From a bacterium (lineage in GTDB: Bacteria; UBA8248), in NCBI GenBank assembly GCA_965261085.1, contig OZ253442.1, forward strand, positions 3,104,001-3,168,000: a stretch of DNA of 64,000 nucleotides, in the 5' to 3' direction. The translations under genes and the position numbers were made by a program. Below, piece by piece: positions 9,608-20,080 of this stretch. Every line of letters starts with the position of its first letter. Position 1 is the stretch's first letter. The notes beneath the pieces were generated by a model. It did not search any database and had not been told where the DNA came from. It saw only the letters and a program-made list of their open reading frames with translations.

Positions 9608-10360
9608 ATGGGCAATCGCCTGGCCTTGTTGCCTGAACACGTGATTCGCGCTGGAAACCAGATGGTCGTCACCCTGTCGCGCCTCATCGAAGATGGTGAC
9701 AAGGTGTTCCACGGGGTCAACTCCCCGCTTCCCATGGTTGCGATTTTTCTGGCAAAAAAACGACACGCCCCCAACTGCACGCTCATAGAAGTCGCGGGCT
9801 CGGTGGACCCGAAACCACGCTTCATGCCGAACAGCACGGCCGACCCCGAACTCTGCCATGGCGCGGCTTCCTTGTTCTACAACCCGGACACGTATGATCT
9901 TTTTGCGCGTGGTGAGATGGACCTCGCTTTCCTGGGCGCCGCCCAACTCGACAAGCAAGGACGAGCCAATATGAGTTATATCGGCGACCCGTTCCACCCG
10001 AAAGTAAGGCTTCCCGGTGGAGGGGGAGGCGCCGTCATCATGCCCCAGGTGAAACGAACCGTCATTTGGAGAACGGTGCACGACAAACGATTTCTCGTGC
10101 CTAAGGTCGATTTTTCGACGCAATCCGGAAACCTGAGTCACGTGGTGACACCCATCGCCTTGTTTGAAAAAAAATCAACAGGGCTGGAACTCGCCAGCGT
10201 CCACGCCGGCCACTCGATGGATGAAGTCGTCGAGGAAACCGGGTTTGATCTGCATTGCCCAAGCGTTGTAGCGCAAACTCCCGCGCCGAGCGTCGATGAA
10301 CTAAACGCCTTGGAGGAACTCGATCCGGATGGTGTGCGGTTTTCAGAATTTCGTGTATAA
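9608..10360 (+). CDS. Family I CoA-transferase subunit B (GctB/PcaJ-like)
   Basis: VFHGV..PLP..A, HAPN, AFLGAAQLDKQGRAN, KVRLPGGGG, VDFST, VVTPIALF, LASVH.G. Starts 2 nt after the subunit A stop. Confidence 0.9.
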   Translation: MGNRLALLPEHVIRAGNQMVVTLSRLIEDGDKVFHGVNSPLPMVAIFLAKKRHAPNCTLIEVAGSVDPKPRFMPNSTADPELCHGAASLFYNPDTYDLFARGEMDLAFLGAAQLDKQGRANMSYIGDPFHPKVRLPGGGGGAVIMPQVKRTVIWRTVHDKRFLVPKVDFSTQSGNLSHVVTPIALFEKKSTGLELASVHAGHSMDEVVEETGFDLHCPSVVAQTPAPSVDELNALEELDPDGVRFSEFRV

Positions 10361-10442
10361 GTCGCGCAACTTTGATTGAAACGGTAATCCCCCACTCGCC
10401 ACATGATGTCGAGGTTTTTAGACACGATGAATTCCGGAGAAT

Positions 10443-11087
10443 TTGATGAATCGCGAATTGATGAATCACCTGAAAAACTATTCAGCCTGTCAGGCGGCGG
10501 ACGCCTTTGACAAATTAAAAATCAGAGGCCACATGCCCGACATCATCCTGTTGTCCCCCGATCCTGATTACCGGATGGTGGGAGAAGCCCATACCGTTCG
10601 GATGGTTCCCGCCGGCGGCGGCCCTCTGCCCAAACGCGAGGCGCACCATATCGACGCGGCGCCTGAGGGGAGCATCGTCGTCATAAGCATCCCCTCTGGG
10701 GTGACGACGGCCAACTGGGGCGGAATGATGAGCACGCGAGCGAAAGTAATGAAACTTGGCGGAGTCGTACTGGACGGCAGAGCCAGAGATCTAGAAGAAC
10801 ACCGCCAGATGGGATTCCCCGTGTTCGCCAGAGGGGTCTCGGTTCACGGCAGCGGCGGGTATACGGTTCCCATCAGTGTAGGAGAGCCGATCAATTGCGG
10901 GGGCGTCACGGTAAGGCAGGGAGATATCATTCTGGGAGACGTAAACGGTGTGGTCGTCATCCCCAGGGAAAGGCTCGAAGAAGTCATCGACAAGATGGAT
11001 GAATTGGCGAAAATCGAAGAAAAAATCATTGCGGAGCTCGAAAAAGGCGCGAGCATCGGTGAGACGTTCGCCAAGTATCGAGACTAG
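10443..11087 (+). CDS. RraA family / HMG-CHA aldolase-like protein
   Basis: ANWGGMM, GVVLDGRARD, FPVFARG, GDIILGDVNGVVVIP. Confidence 0.88.
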   Translation: MMNRELMNHLKNYSACQAADAFDKLKIRGHMPDIILLSPDPDYRMVGEAHTVRMVPAGGGPLPKREAHHIDAAPEGSIVVISIPSGVTTANWGGMMSTRAKVMKLGGVVLDGRARDLEEHRQMGFPVFARGVSVHGSGGYTVPISVGEPINCGGVTVRQGDIILGDVNGVVVIPRERLEEVIDKMDELAKIEEKIIAELEKGASIGETFAKYRD

Positions 11088-11186
11088 CCCGAAACCACGA
11101 CAACCACCTGAAAACGCAATTTCATAAAACCTACTCAAAAAAAATTTCTGCCTGGCAGCAACAGATGAACCTGATATAATGCCAAT

Positions 11187-11882
11187 GTGATTCAAAAAAT
11201 CCGCCCTAGATACATTCCGATGAACTTAAAAAACACTCCGTCGCATATTGTTCCCTTGCAGGTTCTTATCGTTTATCTCGTTTTTTCCATCTTCCTGAGT
11301 GGATGCAGCTTTATACCCTCGCCGATAAGTCCTCATATCCAGAGTGAGAATTTCTACGGCATCGCATCGTGGTATGGAAATCCCTACCACGGACGCAAAA
11401 CAGCAAATGGCGAAACCTATGACATGCACGCGCTCACGGCCGCGCACCGCACCCTGCCTTTTGGTTCAAGAGTACGGGTGCGAAGAAACGACGACGGACG
11501 GGAAGTGGAAGTCCGGATTAACGATCGCGGTCCCTTTTTTATTAACCGAGTTATCGACCTCTCACAAGAGGCCGCTCGTAGAATCGGCATGTTGCGCAGT
11601 GGCACCACCGAGGTTCACATCGAACCCCTCTATGTCCCCCGAGAATTGAACCCGAAATGGATGATCCTGGTGGGCGGGTTTACGGAAAAACCAGAGGCGC
11701 AAGAATTCGCCGATTATTTTCACGGCAATGGCACGATCTCAGAGATTCGACCCGGCTGGCACGGGAACTACAACCACTATCACGTGCAGATCAAAGGACT
11801 GGGCCGTGAGAGTAAAGCAAAGCGATTGGCAGAAAGGTTGCAGCGAAACGGGTACGGGGCATTTATCGTAAGAGCGAAATGA
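11187..11882 (+). CDS. rlpA: Septal ring lytic transglycosylase RlpA lipoprotein with SPOR domain
   Basis: Lipobox LSGC; GIASWYG...TANGE..DM..LTAAHRTLPFG...INDRGPF...IDLS; C-terminal SPOR-like region. Start codon uncertain. Confidence 0.9.
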   Translation: MIQKIRPRYIPMNLKNTPSHIVPLQVLIVYLVFSIFLSGCSFIPSPISPHIQSENFYGIASWYGNPYHGRKTANGETYDMHALTAAHRTLPFGSRVRVRRNDDGREVEVRINDRGPFFINRVIDLSQEAARRIGMLRSGTTEVHIEPLYVPRELNPKWMILVGGFTEKPEAQEFADYFHGNGTISEIRPGWHGNYNHYHVQIKGLGRESKAKRLAERLQRNGYGAFIVRAK

Positions 11883-11887
11883 ACAAC

Positions 11888-13960
11888 TCAATCCCTCTGG
11901 AGCGCTCGTTCGATAGCGCTCAGATCCGTAAGCGGCTCTTTACATATGAAATTTTCGCACAGGTATACAGTAGCTCGTCCATCCACCATGAATTTTCCAT
12001 CGAGCAGGGGCACTTCGATGTCTGTTTCTGCATCTGATGATTCCGACTTCAAAGCCAAAATTTTATTGGGAATAAAGCGCGAATCAACGGCCCTGAGAGT
12101 TGCGCGCGTATCTTCTGAGTCTCTCTCGCCGACAACCACCACCTCCATCGGGGAATCGAGATAAAAGTCCAACGCCACCAGCATCATGTGGAAGGCGGCC
12201 GGTGCGCGGTCCAGGTATTCACCAAACGAGCGCAAAACACCCAAGCCGCATTCCGCGAATTCCGTCTCGCCCGACAGCTTCGCCAATTTCAGCAAACCCA
12301 GCGCCGCCATTGAGTTGCCGCTTGGTATCGCGCCGTCTTGCGTCATCTTCTTTCTAACGATGAGCCGTTCATGGTCGTGGGCAGTGAAGAAGAATGCGCC
12401 CTCCTCGTCATCCCAATAGCGCGATATCATCTCCCTCGCCAAATCCGAGGCCGCTTGAATCCATCGAGGCTCGAAACTTGCTTCGTATAAATCCACCAGA
12501 CCCACGATCAAAAAAGCATAATCATCTAGATACGCGTTGAACTTGCTCACGCCTGCCCGGTGACTCCTCAGCAGGCCCCGCTCATCGCGCATGTTGTTCA
12601 AAATAAAATCCGCCGCCTTGCTCGCCTCTTCCACGTAGGGTGGGTGCTCCAGAATTCTGCCCGCCAAAGCCATCGATCCAATCATGAGTCCGTTCCAGCT
12701 CGTGAGAATCTTATCGTCCAGGCCAGGCTTCACGCGCCGCTCGCGCTCGGCAAAGAGTTTTGCGCGTCCCCTTTGCAAAATATCAAAGAGGTCCTCTTCT
12801 GTGATTCCCAGTTCTTCGGCGAAAATGCGGGGTGGTTTCTGGATGAACAAGGCGGAAGTTTTCCCCTCGAAGTTCCCCTCATCCGTCACGCTGTAGAAAC
12901 GGCAGAAAATGTCCGCTTCATCCTTGCCGAGAATCTCTTCTATCTGCTCAGGACGCCATACGAAGAACTTGCCCTCCTCGCCCTCGCTGTCGGCATCCTG
13001 CGCAGAGTAGAATCCGCCGTCCGGGCTGGTCATTTCACGCAAAACATAATCAAGCGTATCCGCCACCACGGAGCGATAAAACGCGCTTCCCGTCGCCTGG
13101 TAGGCCTCGAGATACACCCTGGATAAAAGACCGTTGTCATAAAGCATTTTTTCGAAGTGCGGGATGAGCCAGTAAGCATCCACGCTGTATCGGTGAAACC
13201 CGCCGCCGAGTTGATCATACATCCCGCCCAACGCCATCCTCTGGAGCGTTATCTCGACCATCTTCAGTAGTTCCTGATCCCCGGATCGTCTCCACTTTCT
13301 CAAAAGCAACATCAACGCCATGGAAGGTGGAAATTTTGGAGCTTGCCCAAAACCACCCCAGGTAGAGTCGAATCGATCCTTCAGTTCTTGCGCGGCTTTG
13401 TCGATCCATTCCGCTTTCAAATCACCTTTTGTGGATGCAACGACTCCCATTTGCTGCAAATTCGCCGTTAAGCTTTCTGCATTATCCTGCAAATCCTCTT
13501 GTCTCGTCCGATAAACTTCGGCCAGCCTCAAGAGCACGTTTTTGAAGCCGGGCCTGCCCCATTTGTCATGTGGGGGAAAATATGTGCCCCCGAAAAAGGG
13601 CCGTAAGTCCGGGAGCAGGAAAACACTCATGGGCCAACCACCTTGGCCCGTCATCATCTGCACCGCCTCCATGTAGATCCCATCGATATCGGGACGCTCT
13701 TCGCGGTCCACTTTAATGGAGACGAAATGCTCGTTCATGATTTCAGCGATTTCCTCATCCTCGAAACTTTCATGCTCCATCACATGGCACCAATGGCAGG
13801 CAGAATAGCCGACAGACAGAAAAATGGGCTTGTTTTCTTCTCTTGATTTGCGGAGCGCATCCTCGCCCCAGGGATACCACTGCACCGGATTATATTGGTG
13901 CTGCAAGAGGTACGGGCTCGTCTCCTGCGCAAGGAGGTTCTTCCGCTGGGGCTGATTCAT
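11888..13960 (-). CDS. Thioredoxin-domain protein, YyaL/SSP411 family
   Basis: SPYLLQH, YSACHWCHVMEHESF, KVDREERPDID, GGFHRYSVD..W.IPHFEKMLYDN, DDKILTSWNGL. Confidence 0.93.
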   Translation of the reverse strand: MNQPQRKNLLAQETSPYLLQHQYNPVQWYPWGEDALRKSREENKPIFLSVGYSACHWCHVMEHESFEDEEIAEIMNEHFVSIKVDREERPDIDGIYMEAVQMMTGQGGWPMSVFLLPDLRPFFGGTYFPPHDKWGRPGFKNVLLRLAEVYRTRQEDLQDNAESLTANLQQMGVVASTKGDLKAEWIDKAAQELKDRFDSTWGGFGQAPKFPPSMALMLLLRKWRRSGDQELLKMVEITLQRMALGGMYDQLGGGFHRYSVDAYWLIPHFEKMLYDNGLLSRVYLEAYQATGSAFYRSVVADTLDYVLREMTSPDGGFYSAQDADSEGEEGKFFVWRPEQIEEILGKDEADIFCRFYSVTDEGNFEGKTSALFIQKPPRIFAEELGITEEDLFDILQRGRAKLFAERERRVKPGLDDKILTSWNGLMIGSMALAGRILEHPPYVEEASKAADFILNNMRDERGLLRSHRAGVSKFNAYLDDYAFLIVGLVDLYEASFEPRWIQAASDLAREMISRYWDDEEGAFFFTAHDHERLIVRKKMTQDGAIPSGNSMAALGLLKLAKLSGETEFAECGLGVLRSFGEYLDRAPAAFHMMLVALDFYLDSPMEVVVVGERDSEDTRATLRAVDSRFIPNKILALKSESSDAETDIEVPLLDGKFMVDGRATVYLCENFICKEPLTDLSAIERALQRD

Positions 13961-14032
13961 GAATTCCTCATATGAGTGGATGACAAACCGCTAGCCACAA
14001 AAGGATGCCTGCCCTAGGGTATGGGAGAATGC

Positions 14033-14536
14033 TCAACGAAACAATTCCGGCTGGGGAGCTGTTTGCGTGTGTGTCTCCACACGCCCGTCTCCCCGAATAT
14101 GCGATATGTTTGCACCGCAACTCTCCACCCAGGCCGCCGATATCAGATGGAAGCGATGACAATTTCTCGGATTCTCCTCCGCGCAGAGAATCGCCGTGGG
14201 CGTTTTTTCTACCAGCGCTCTCAGGCGCTTCATGGCGCGGGTGAAATTCTTACTAAGCCTTACTTTCATCCAATCGATACGCCCTTGGGCATCGAAAAAT
14301 TCTGGATTTTTTGTGAAATCGCGTTTGCCTCCCAATGCATCTCCTTCCCAGATGTATACGATGTCTCTCGATGAGAGACCCTGGTCCATTTTTTCCCTGC
14401 TGAACTGGGGATTTCTCCTGCTGTAGGGGATGCTGCGCACATCCACCACACATGCGATACCGTGGCGACTCAGCAAGTCCAGGAATTTCTCCTCGCTGTG
14501 GTTGCTGTGACCTATCGTCCAAAGCGGGTGCTTCAA
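14033..14536 (-). CDS. DUF488 family protein
   Basis: WTIGHSNH, VDVRSIPYSR.NPQF, LCAEENP..CHR. The TTG start overlaps the M20 peptidase stop. Confidence 0.88.
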   Translation of the reverse strand: MKHPLWTIGHSNHSEEKFLDLLSRHGIACVVDVRSIPYSRRNPQFSREKMDQGLSSRDIVYIWEGDALGGKRDFTKNPEFFDAQGRIDWMKVRLSKNFTRAMKRLRALVEKTPTAILCAEENPRNCHRFHLISAAWVESCGANISHIRGDGRVETHTQTAPQPELFR

Positions 14537-15873
14537 ACGAGGCCCCCCATGAGAGTCGCCGCAATCTCGCACCCGCGATGAAAAATCTCTACGTCGATAT
14601 TCTCATCCGGAGCATGAGCGTTCGAGTCCGCATTGGCGAGAGGGAACCAGACGGACGGAATGCCTAAGTCCCTCGTGAACATGCTATCAGGAACGCTGCC
14701 GCCGAAGTTAGGATAAATGACAGGTTCGATCCCGTAACCGCCGACGGCCTTGATCACCTTTTGCACATAAGGATCGTCCGCTGGTGTCTTACTGGCGTCG
14801 AAGGTGGCCAGCTTGCGCACTTCGATGTCATTGAAACCTTCTGCTACCAAAAAAGAGCACACATCATCAAAAAGCCTGTTCGGGTTCTGTTCCACCACAA
14901 GGCGAAAATCCAGCTTCGCGCGCACAGAACCCGGGAGGACCGTTTTCATGCCATCGTGAGAATATCCCCCCTGAAATCCACAAATATTCAGGTTCGGCTG
15001 GGTGAGAGATTTCACATAAAAAGAGGACAGATCTGGAATCTGAGCGGCTCCCTCTCCGATAACGGCCCGAAGCTCCGTTTCCGGGTCAGGAATGCCCTCC
15101 AGCGCATTCTTGTCCGCATCGCCAACCTGGAGAACGGCATCGTAAAACCCGGGCACACGCACCCTCCCATCACCGTCGCGTAGACATTGCACGGCCTCCA
15201 TGAGACGCCAGAATGGATTCGGGACCGGTCCGCCGTAAGTCCCGGAATGGAGGTCTTTCCCGACGCCGTGAGCCAGGAGTTCGATATAGAGCAACCCCCT
15301 ACAACCTAAAGAGAGTGTTGGTCTGCCCGATGGGTGCAAGGAACCATCTGAAGAGCAAGCGATATCGGCTTTCAACAATTCTTTGTTCGCCTGTATGAAT
15401 TTCCTCAAGTTGGGAGAACCCATTTCCTCTTCGCCCTCTATCAAAAATTTGAGGTTGATGGGCATTTCCGTATTCGTCTGGTGATAAGCCTGCACCGCCT
15501 TGATTTGGGCGAAATGCTGGCCTTTGTTGTCTCCCGCCCCTCGGGCGTAGAGGCGGCCATCGCGCACTTGAGGCTCGAATGGTTCGGAACTCCAGCCCTC
15601 GGCCATGTCGGCCGGCTGAACGTCATAGTGACCATAGATCAGCAAGTTCGGAGCATTCGGAGGCCCTTTCACTTCCCCGTATACGAGAGAAATACCCTCC
15701 GTCGGAAGGATCTGCGCCTCGATGCCTGCGCTGTTCATCAATCCCGTCAAATGCGCCGCCGCCTCCTCGACACCGATACCCAACGTGCTGATGGATGGCA
15801 TTCGTAGGTATTCAATGAGTTCCGCCAGACTCTGCTCCCTTCTCGCTCGCAGAAAATCAATCACCGCCGACAT
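14533..15873 (-). CDS. M20/M25/M40 family metallo-dipeptidase
   Basis: YGHYDVQP, ARGAGDNKGQ, EGEEEMGS, DLHSG, HAPDEN. Confidence 0.92.
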   Translation of the reverse strand: MSAVIDFLRARREQSLAELIEYLRMPSISTLGIGVEEAAAHLTGLMNSAGIEAQILPTEGISLVYGEVKGPPNAPNLLIYGHYDVQPADMAEGWSSEPFEPQVRDGRLYARGAGDNKGQHFAQIKAVQAYHQTNTEMPINLKFLIEGEEEMGSPNLRKFIQANKELLKADIACSSDGSLHPSGRPTLSLGCRGLLYIELLAHGVGKDLHSGTYGGPVPNPFWRLMEAVQCLRDGDGRVRVPGFYDAVLQVGDADKNALEGIPDPETELRAVIGEGAAQIPDLSSFYVKSLTQPNLNICGFQGGYSHDGMKTVLPGSVRAKLDFRLVVEQNPNRLFDDVCSFLVAEGFNDIEVRKLATFDASKTPADDPYVQKVIKAVGGYGIEPVIYPNFGGSVPDSMFTRDLGIPSVWFPLANADSNAHAPDENIDVEIFHRGCEIAATLMGGLV

Positions 15874-15997
15874 TCCACTCTCCTTTGCAACAAGCTATAT
15901 TCGCCAAGATGTTGCCGAAATCGTTCACCTGGATTATTCTCAGAGATGGCATGAACCCGCCAAATTTTTTTGCCGCCGCGCAAAAATTGGATTTCGC

Positions 15998-17008
15998 ATG
16001 ATTCGATCTGTTCTTAGCATAATTCATCGCTTCTTCAAGGTCATCCGCGTAAGGTGGCTCCTGCTTTTCATGCTCGCCATGCTGATGGTGACAAGCTGTG
16101 TCCGGCCCCGCACCTCAGGTCTCGTTCCTGCTCCTATCGGAAGCTACGACCACCAAGAGAGCTATGTCGAATTACCATCGAGCATTGAAACCGCTTCGAT
16201 AATGGGATATCTGGTGCGTCCTGCAAAAAACGAGAGATACCCTTGCGTGATATTGCTGCACGGGAAAGGCGGTTGGTGGCGGGCATATATCCGCTACGCT
16301 CGAAAGCTCGCAAGCCATGGATTCTCATCCTTAATCATCAATTATTACTCCGTGCACCAAGTGGACCTCGAAGGCCTTACGACACCATTCGTCCAACGAA
16401 AGGTGAATTTCGAACGCCAGAATGAAGACATCAACCGAGCCGTTTCCGCCTTTGCGAAAAGCGCGCATTGCATGCAAAACAAGGCCGGTCTCATCGGATT
16501 CTCCCTTGGCGCGGACAAGGCGTTTCGCGCGGCCGCGTCACTTCCGGTCGTGAAGGCCGTGGTAGCCTACTATGGTCCTTATGATTATGCGTCTTTCATC
16601 AAAAAGCGCATCAACGCCGTGGTTCTCGCCCTGGCGACCGAGGATTTGTTGCGCTGGAAGAAATATCTGGAATTTCACAGCCCCGCCAACAAGATACAGA
16701 ACACAAAAGCTTCGACCTTGATGTTTCATGGTGTGGCGGACGGGATAATTCCCGTCCAACAATCATTCGCAATGATGAAAAAGCTGCGCGAGAGAGAATC
16801 GGGTTATGCTGAATTGAAACTTTACGAGGGCACCGGCCACAATTTTATTCTGAGAAGGAGAACTCCACGGGAAAGAGAAGATTCGATTCGACGCGCATTG
16901 ATTTTCCTCAAAAGCCACCTTTCTCAAACCCGGGAACGGCCTAAAGCACAAGATAAGGACGAAAAACGAGTAAATCTTCATCCTGAAAACAATAAACAAG
17001 AAAGTTGA
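15998..17008 (+). CDS. Dienelactone hydrolase-like alpha/beta hydrolase, possible lipoprotein
   Basis: VILLHG, GFSLG nucleophile elbow, FHG.AD..IP, YEGTGHNF; lipobox-like MVTSC. Start inferred. Confidence 0.8.
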   Translation: MIRSVLSIIHRFFKVIRVRWLLLFMLAMLMVTSCVRPRTSGLVPAPIGSYDHQESYVELPSSIETASIMGYLVRPAKNERYPCVILLHGKGGWWRAYIRYARKLASHGFSSLIINYYSVHQVDLEGLTTPFVQRKVNFERQNEDINRAVSAFAKSAHCMQNKAGLIGFSLGADKAFRAAASLPVVKAVVAYYGPYDYASFIKKRINAVVLALATEDLLRWKKYLEFHSPANKIQNTKASTLMFHGVADGIIPVQQSFAMMKKLRERESGYAELKLYEGTGHNFILRRRTPREREDSIRRALIFLKSHLSQTRERPKAQDKDEKRVNLHPENNKQES

Positions 17009-17014
17009 CTGATT

Positions 17015-19240
17015 ATGGATACGACACCAGACGGCAGACATGGCAAGAGTGAATCCTGGATTCGTGAATGGATAGGCTGGACTGAACTCACTCCCGCCGG
17101 GAACGTGGAAGCGGGCGCATCGGGTACATGGACAATCACCTACCACGTTGGCAGATATGGGGTGGACGATGGCGGGACAATCGTCCTCTCGCGTCGCTTC
17201 GCCAGCGATTGGGCCAAACCCCAAACCGATGCGCCCGGTGAGCTCCATTATGCGAGCGCGAACACGAGCGGGAGCGCCTCCCTGAGGATAAGGTGGGACC
17301 CGAAATCGAACATCAGGCCCTGGCAGCAAGGCTTGGCCATCGATGTATTTGATAGTTATCTGGCGGAAGGTGATACGGTAACCATCGTTCTGGGAGACCA
17401 AAGCGGAGGCGGCGCGGGAACACGGGCTCAAACCTTTTGCGAAAAGAATTTCCGCTTCCGGCTTTTCGTCGATTGTTTCGGCTCGAACCGCTTCATCGAA
17501 GCGGCCGATACGCCCGCCTTTTCCATCGTCCCGGGAAAACCAGCCCGCCTCGTCATCCATGGCGCAACCGAACAAACGCCAAACGAGACTTCCTGGATGC
17601 AAGTGAAACTCGAGGACATCTGGGGTAATCCGTGTCATGGTATAGATGCGGAAGTCTCGCTCACCGCGGAAGGAGGAACCTGCGAGGGCTTGCCCCAGAC
17701 CCTTCGATTCGAGTGCGAAAAACATGCCGTAGTCCGTTTGGAGAATTTATGCTGGGAATCCGGAAATTGGGGACGAATACGAGGCGACGCAAATATCGAC
17801 ATCCCCCCTACCTACAGCAACTACGTGCGAGGAATGGAGAAAATCCACCAATGGAAACCATTTTGGGGCGATCTCCACGGCCAAAGCGAAGAGACAGTAG
17901 GCACGAATACCGTGGATAATTATTTCGCCTTCGCCCGCGATATGGCCGGAGCGCAATTTTCTTGCCACCAAGGAAACGATTTTCAAGTCACAGAGAAAAC
18001 CTGGAACGCCATTCGCGCGGCCACGAAGAAATACAATGAGCCGGGGCGCTTCGTCACATTCCTGGGGGTCGAATGGTCAGCCGTGACGGGCATGGGCGGG
18101 GACAGGAACGTCATGTACCTAGGCGATGATGGGCCCTTGCACCGAACCAGCCATTGGCAAATAGATGATTGGGATGACCAACAAACAGACCGATACCCCC
18201 TAGACGCCCTCTACGACGCTATGGGAGGGCGCCGGGATGTCACGCTCATTCCTCACATCGGGGGTAGGCGAGCAAGTCTGGACTATCACCACACAGAGCT
18301 CGAGCGCGTCATGGAGATATACTCTTCCTGGGGACGATTCGAATGGTTTGTGGAAGAAGCCCTGGAAAAGGGCTGGCGCGTGGGCATCACGGCGGGGAGC
18401 GACGGACATAAGGGACGTCCGGGAGCCAGCTACCCGGGCGCCGCTATTTTCGGGGTCTATGGCGGTTATATTTGTATCTATGCAGAAGAACTCACACGCG
18501 AGAGCCTGTGGGAAGCGATTCAGGCGAGGCGCGTCTATGCAACAACGGGGAAGAAAATTCATCTTTCCTTTTCGGCTGGAGATCATTTTATGGGAGAGGA
18601 ATTTGAATCCACCACTCCTCCTGTGTTCAAAATGCGTGCAATGGGAGAATGCGGTATCGAGTCGATAGAATTCAAACGCGCTTCGGAAACTATTTTCTCT
18701 TATCGTCCGAAAGATGCAGCCGCCCGAAATTCTGATTGGTTCCGTGTCTCCTGGAGCGGCGCCCGCATACACCAGCGCAACCGCCAAACGCACTGGCACG
18801 GCGGTTTGCGGGTTGATAAAGGAAAGATTGAAGAGCCCAGAAATTGGCAAGTGGACAACCTGGAAGAAGGAATCCAATCGGTTGATGAGCGGAACTTACG
18901 GTGGTTGAGCCGCACGACCGGCGATGCGGACGGCGTCGAGTTCCGCCTTTCGGGCGGAGAAGACACAATGCTCTTTTTCGAAACCGATGTCGTTTCTTTT
19001 GAGGTAAAACTCGATGCGATCGGCGCCGTTCCTTATGTGGTGGGCGCAGGCGGCGTTCGCCAACAGGTGGAAGTGCAGCGCATCAGCCCGATTCCTGGTG
19101 ACCCTGGTGCGAACATCACGTTTAACGTCAGTGAAAAAGATTTCCACGATGGATGGAACCCCTATTTTGTCAGGCTGATGCAAGAAGATGGGGCATTGGC
19201 CTGGAGCAGCCCCATTTTCGTGAAAAAGGGTGAAAAATGA
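17015..19240 (+). CDS. DUF3604 family (PHP-like metal-dependent hydrolase)
   Basis: WGDLHGQSEETVG, HQGNDFQ, EWS...GGDRNV, IPHIGGR, GSDGHKGRPG, AWSSPIFV. Confidence 0.85.
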   Translation: MDTTPDGRHGKSESWIREWIGWTELTPAGNVEAGASGTWTITYHVGRYGVDDGGTIVLSRRFASDWAKPQTDAPGELHYASANTSGSASLRIRWDPKSNIRPWQQGLAIDVFDSYLAEGDTVTIVLGDQSGGGAGTRAQTFCEKNFRFRLFVDCFGSNRFIEAADTPAFSIVPGKPARLVIHGATEQTPNETSWMQVKLEDIWGNPCHGIDAEVSLTAEGGTCEGLPQTLRFECEKHAVVRLENLCWESGNWGRIRGDANIDIPPTYSNYVRGMEKIHQWKPFWGDLHGQSEETVGTNTVDNYFAFARDMAGAQFSCHQGNDFQVTEKTWNAIRAATKKYNEPGRFVTFLGVEWSAVTGMGGDRNVMYLGDDGPLHRTSHWQIDDWDDQQTDRYPLDALYDAMGGRRDVTLIPHIGGRRASLDYHHTELERVMEIYSSWGRFEWFVEEALEKGWRVGITAGSDGHKGRPGASYPGAAIFGVYGGYICIYAEELTRESLWEAIQARRVYATTGKKIHLSFSAGDHFMGEEFESTTPPVFKMRAMGECGIESIEFKRASETIFSYRPKDAAARNSDWFRVSWSGARIHQRNRQTHWHGGLRVDKGKIEEPRNWQVDNLEEGIQSVDERNLRWLSRTTGDADGVEFRLSGGEDTMLFFETDVVSFEVKLDAIGAVPYVVGAGGVRQQVEVQRISPIPGDPGANITFNVSEKDFHDGWNPYFVRLMQEDGALAWSSPIFVKKGEK

Positions 19241-19962
19241 CGGAAGACAAGCTCCCTGCTTTAGATGAGAACTGGCAACGGGCACTGGCCATCGTGGCGC
19301 ACCCTGATGACATGGAATTCGGGGCATCGAGCGCAGTCGCCAGATGGACGGCGCAAGGCAAGGAAATCTCCTATATCCTCATGACGAGTGGCGAGGCGGG
19401 TATTGACAGCATGTCGCCGGAGGAGGCAGGCCCTGCGAGAGAAGAGGAAGAAATAAAAAGCGCCGCAATCGTCGGCGTGGAAAAGGTGGAATTCCTGGGC
19501 TACACGGATGGGGTCATCGAGTACAATCTGGACTTAAGACGCGATCTCGCCCGAAAAATCAGAAGATACCGCCCTGAAATTTTGATCACTCTTTCCCATC
19601 ACCTCACCTGGCCAGGTGGCCCTTTGAACATGGCGGATCACCGCTGGCTCGCATATGGCGTGATGGACGGAGGACGCGATGCGGGCAACCGCTGGATTTT
19701 TCCAGAGCTGTTGGATGAGGGTTTGGAGCCCTGGACAGGAGTTCGTCAGGTTTTACTCAGCGGTTCCCCAAGGCCTACGCATGCCGTAGACATCAGCGAA
19801 TACCTCGAGAAAGGAATCACATCCCTACAAGCACATAAACTCTACATCGACAATCTCGCACAAGGCTTTGATGCCGTCGGTTTCCTCACTCAGGCGGCCC
19901 TCGAAACAGGTAAACGTACCGGATTTCACTATGCGGTATCATTCGAGGCGATCTCCATATAA
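19237..19962 (+). CDS. PIG-L/LmbE family deacetylase
   Basis: AHPDDMEFG, TSGEAG, REEE, ADHR. Confidence 0.9.
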   Translation: MTEDKLPALDENWQRALAIVAHPDDMEFGASSAVARWTAQGKEISYILMTSGEAGIDSMSPEEAGPAREEEEIKSAAIVGVEKVEFLGYTDGVIEYNLDLRRDLARKIRRYRPEILITLSHHLTWPGGPLNMADHRWLAYGVMDGGRDAGNRWIFPELLDEGLEPWTGVRQVLLSGSPRPTHAVDISEYLEKGITSLQAHKLYIDNLAQGFDAVGFLTQAALETGKRTGFHYAVSFEAISI

Positions 19963-20080
19963 TTTCTAAAAAAATTACTTGCCAAGGCTATCTCTTCTCA
20001 ACTGAATTGGGTAGTATTCGCCTGCGGTTGGGCCATTATGCCCTTTATCTTATTGATTTATACATCTAACGAGGAAATGA

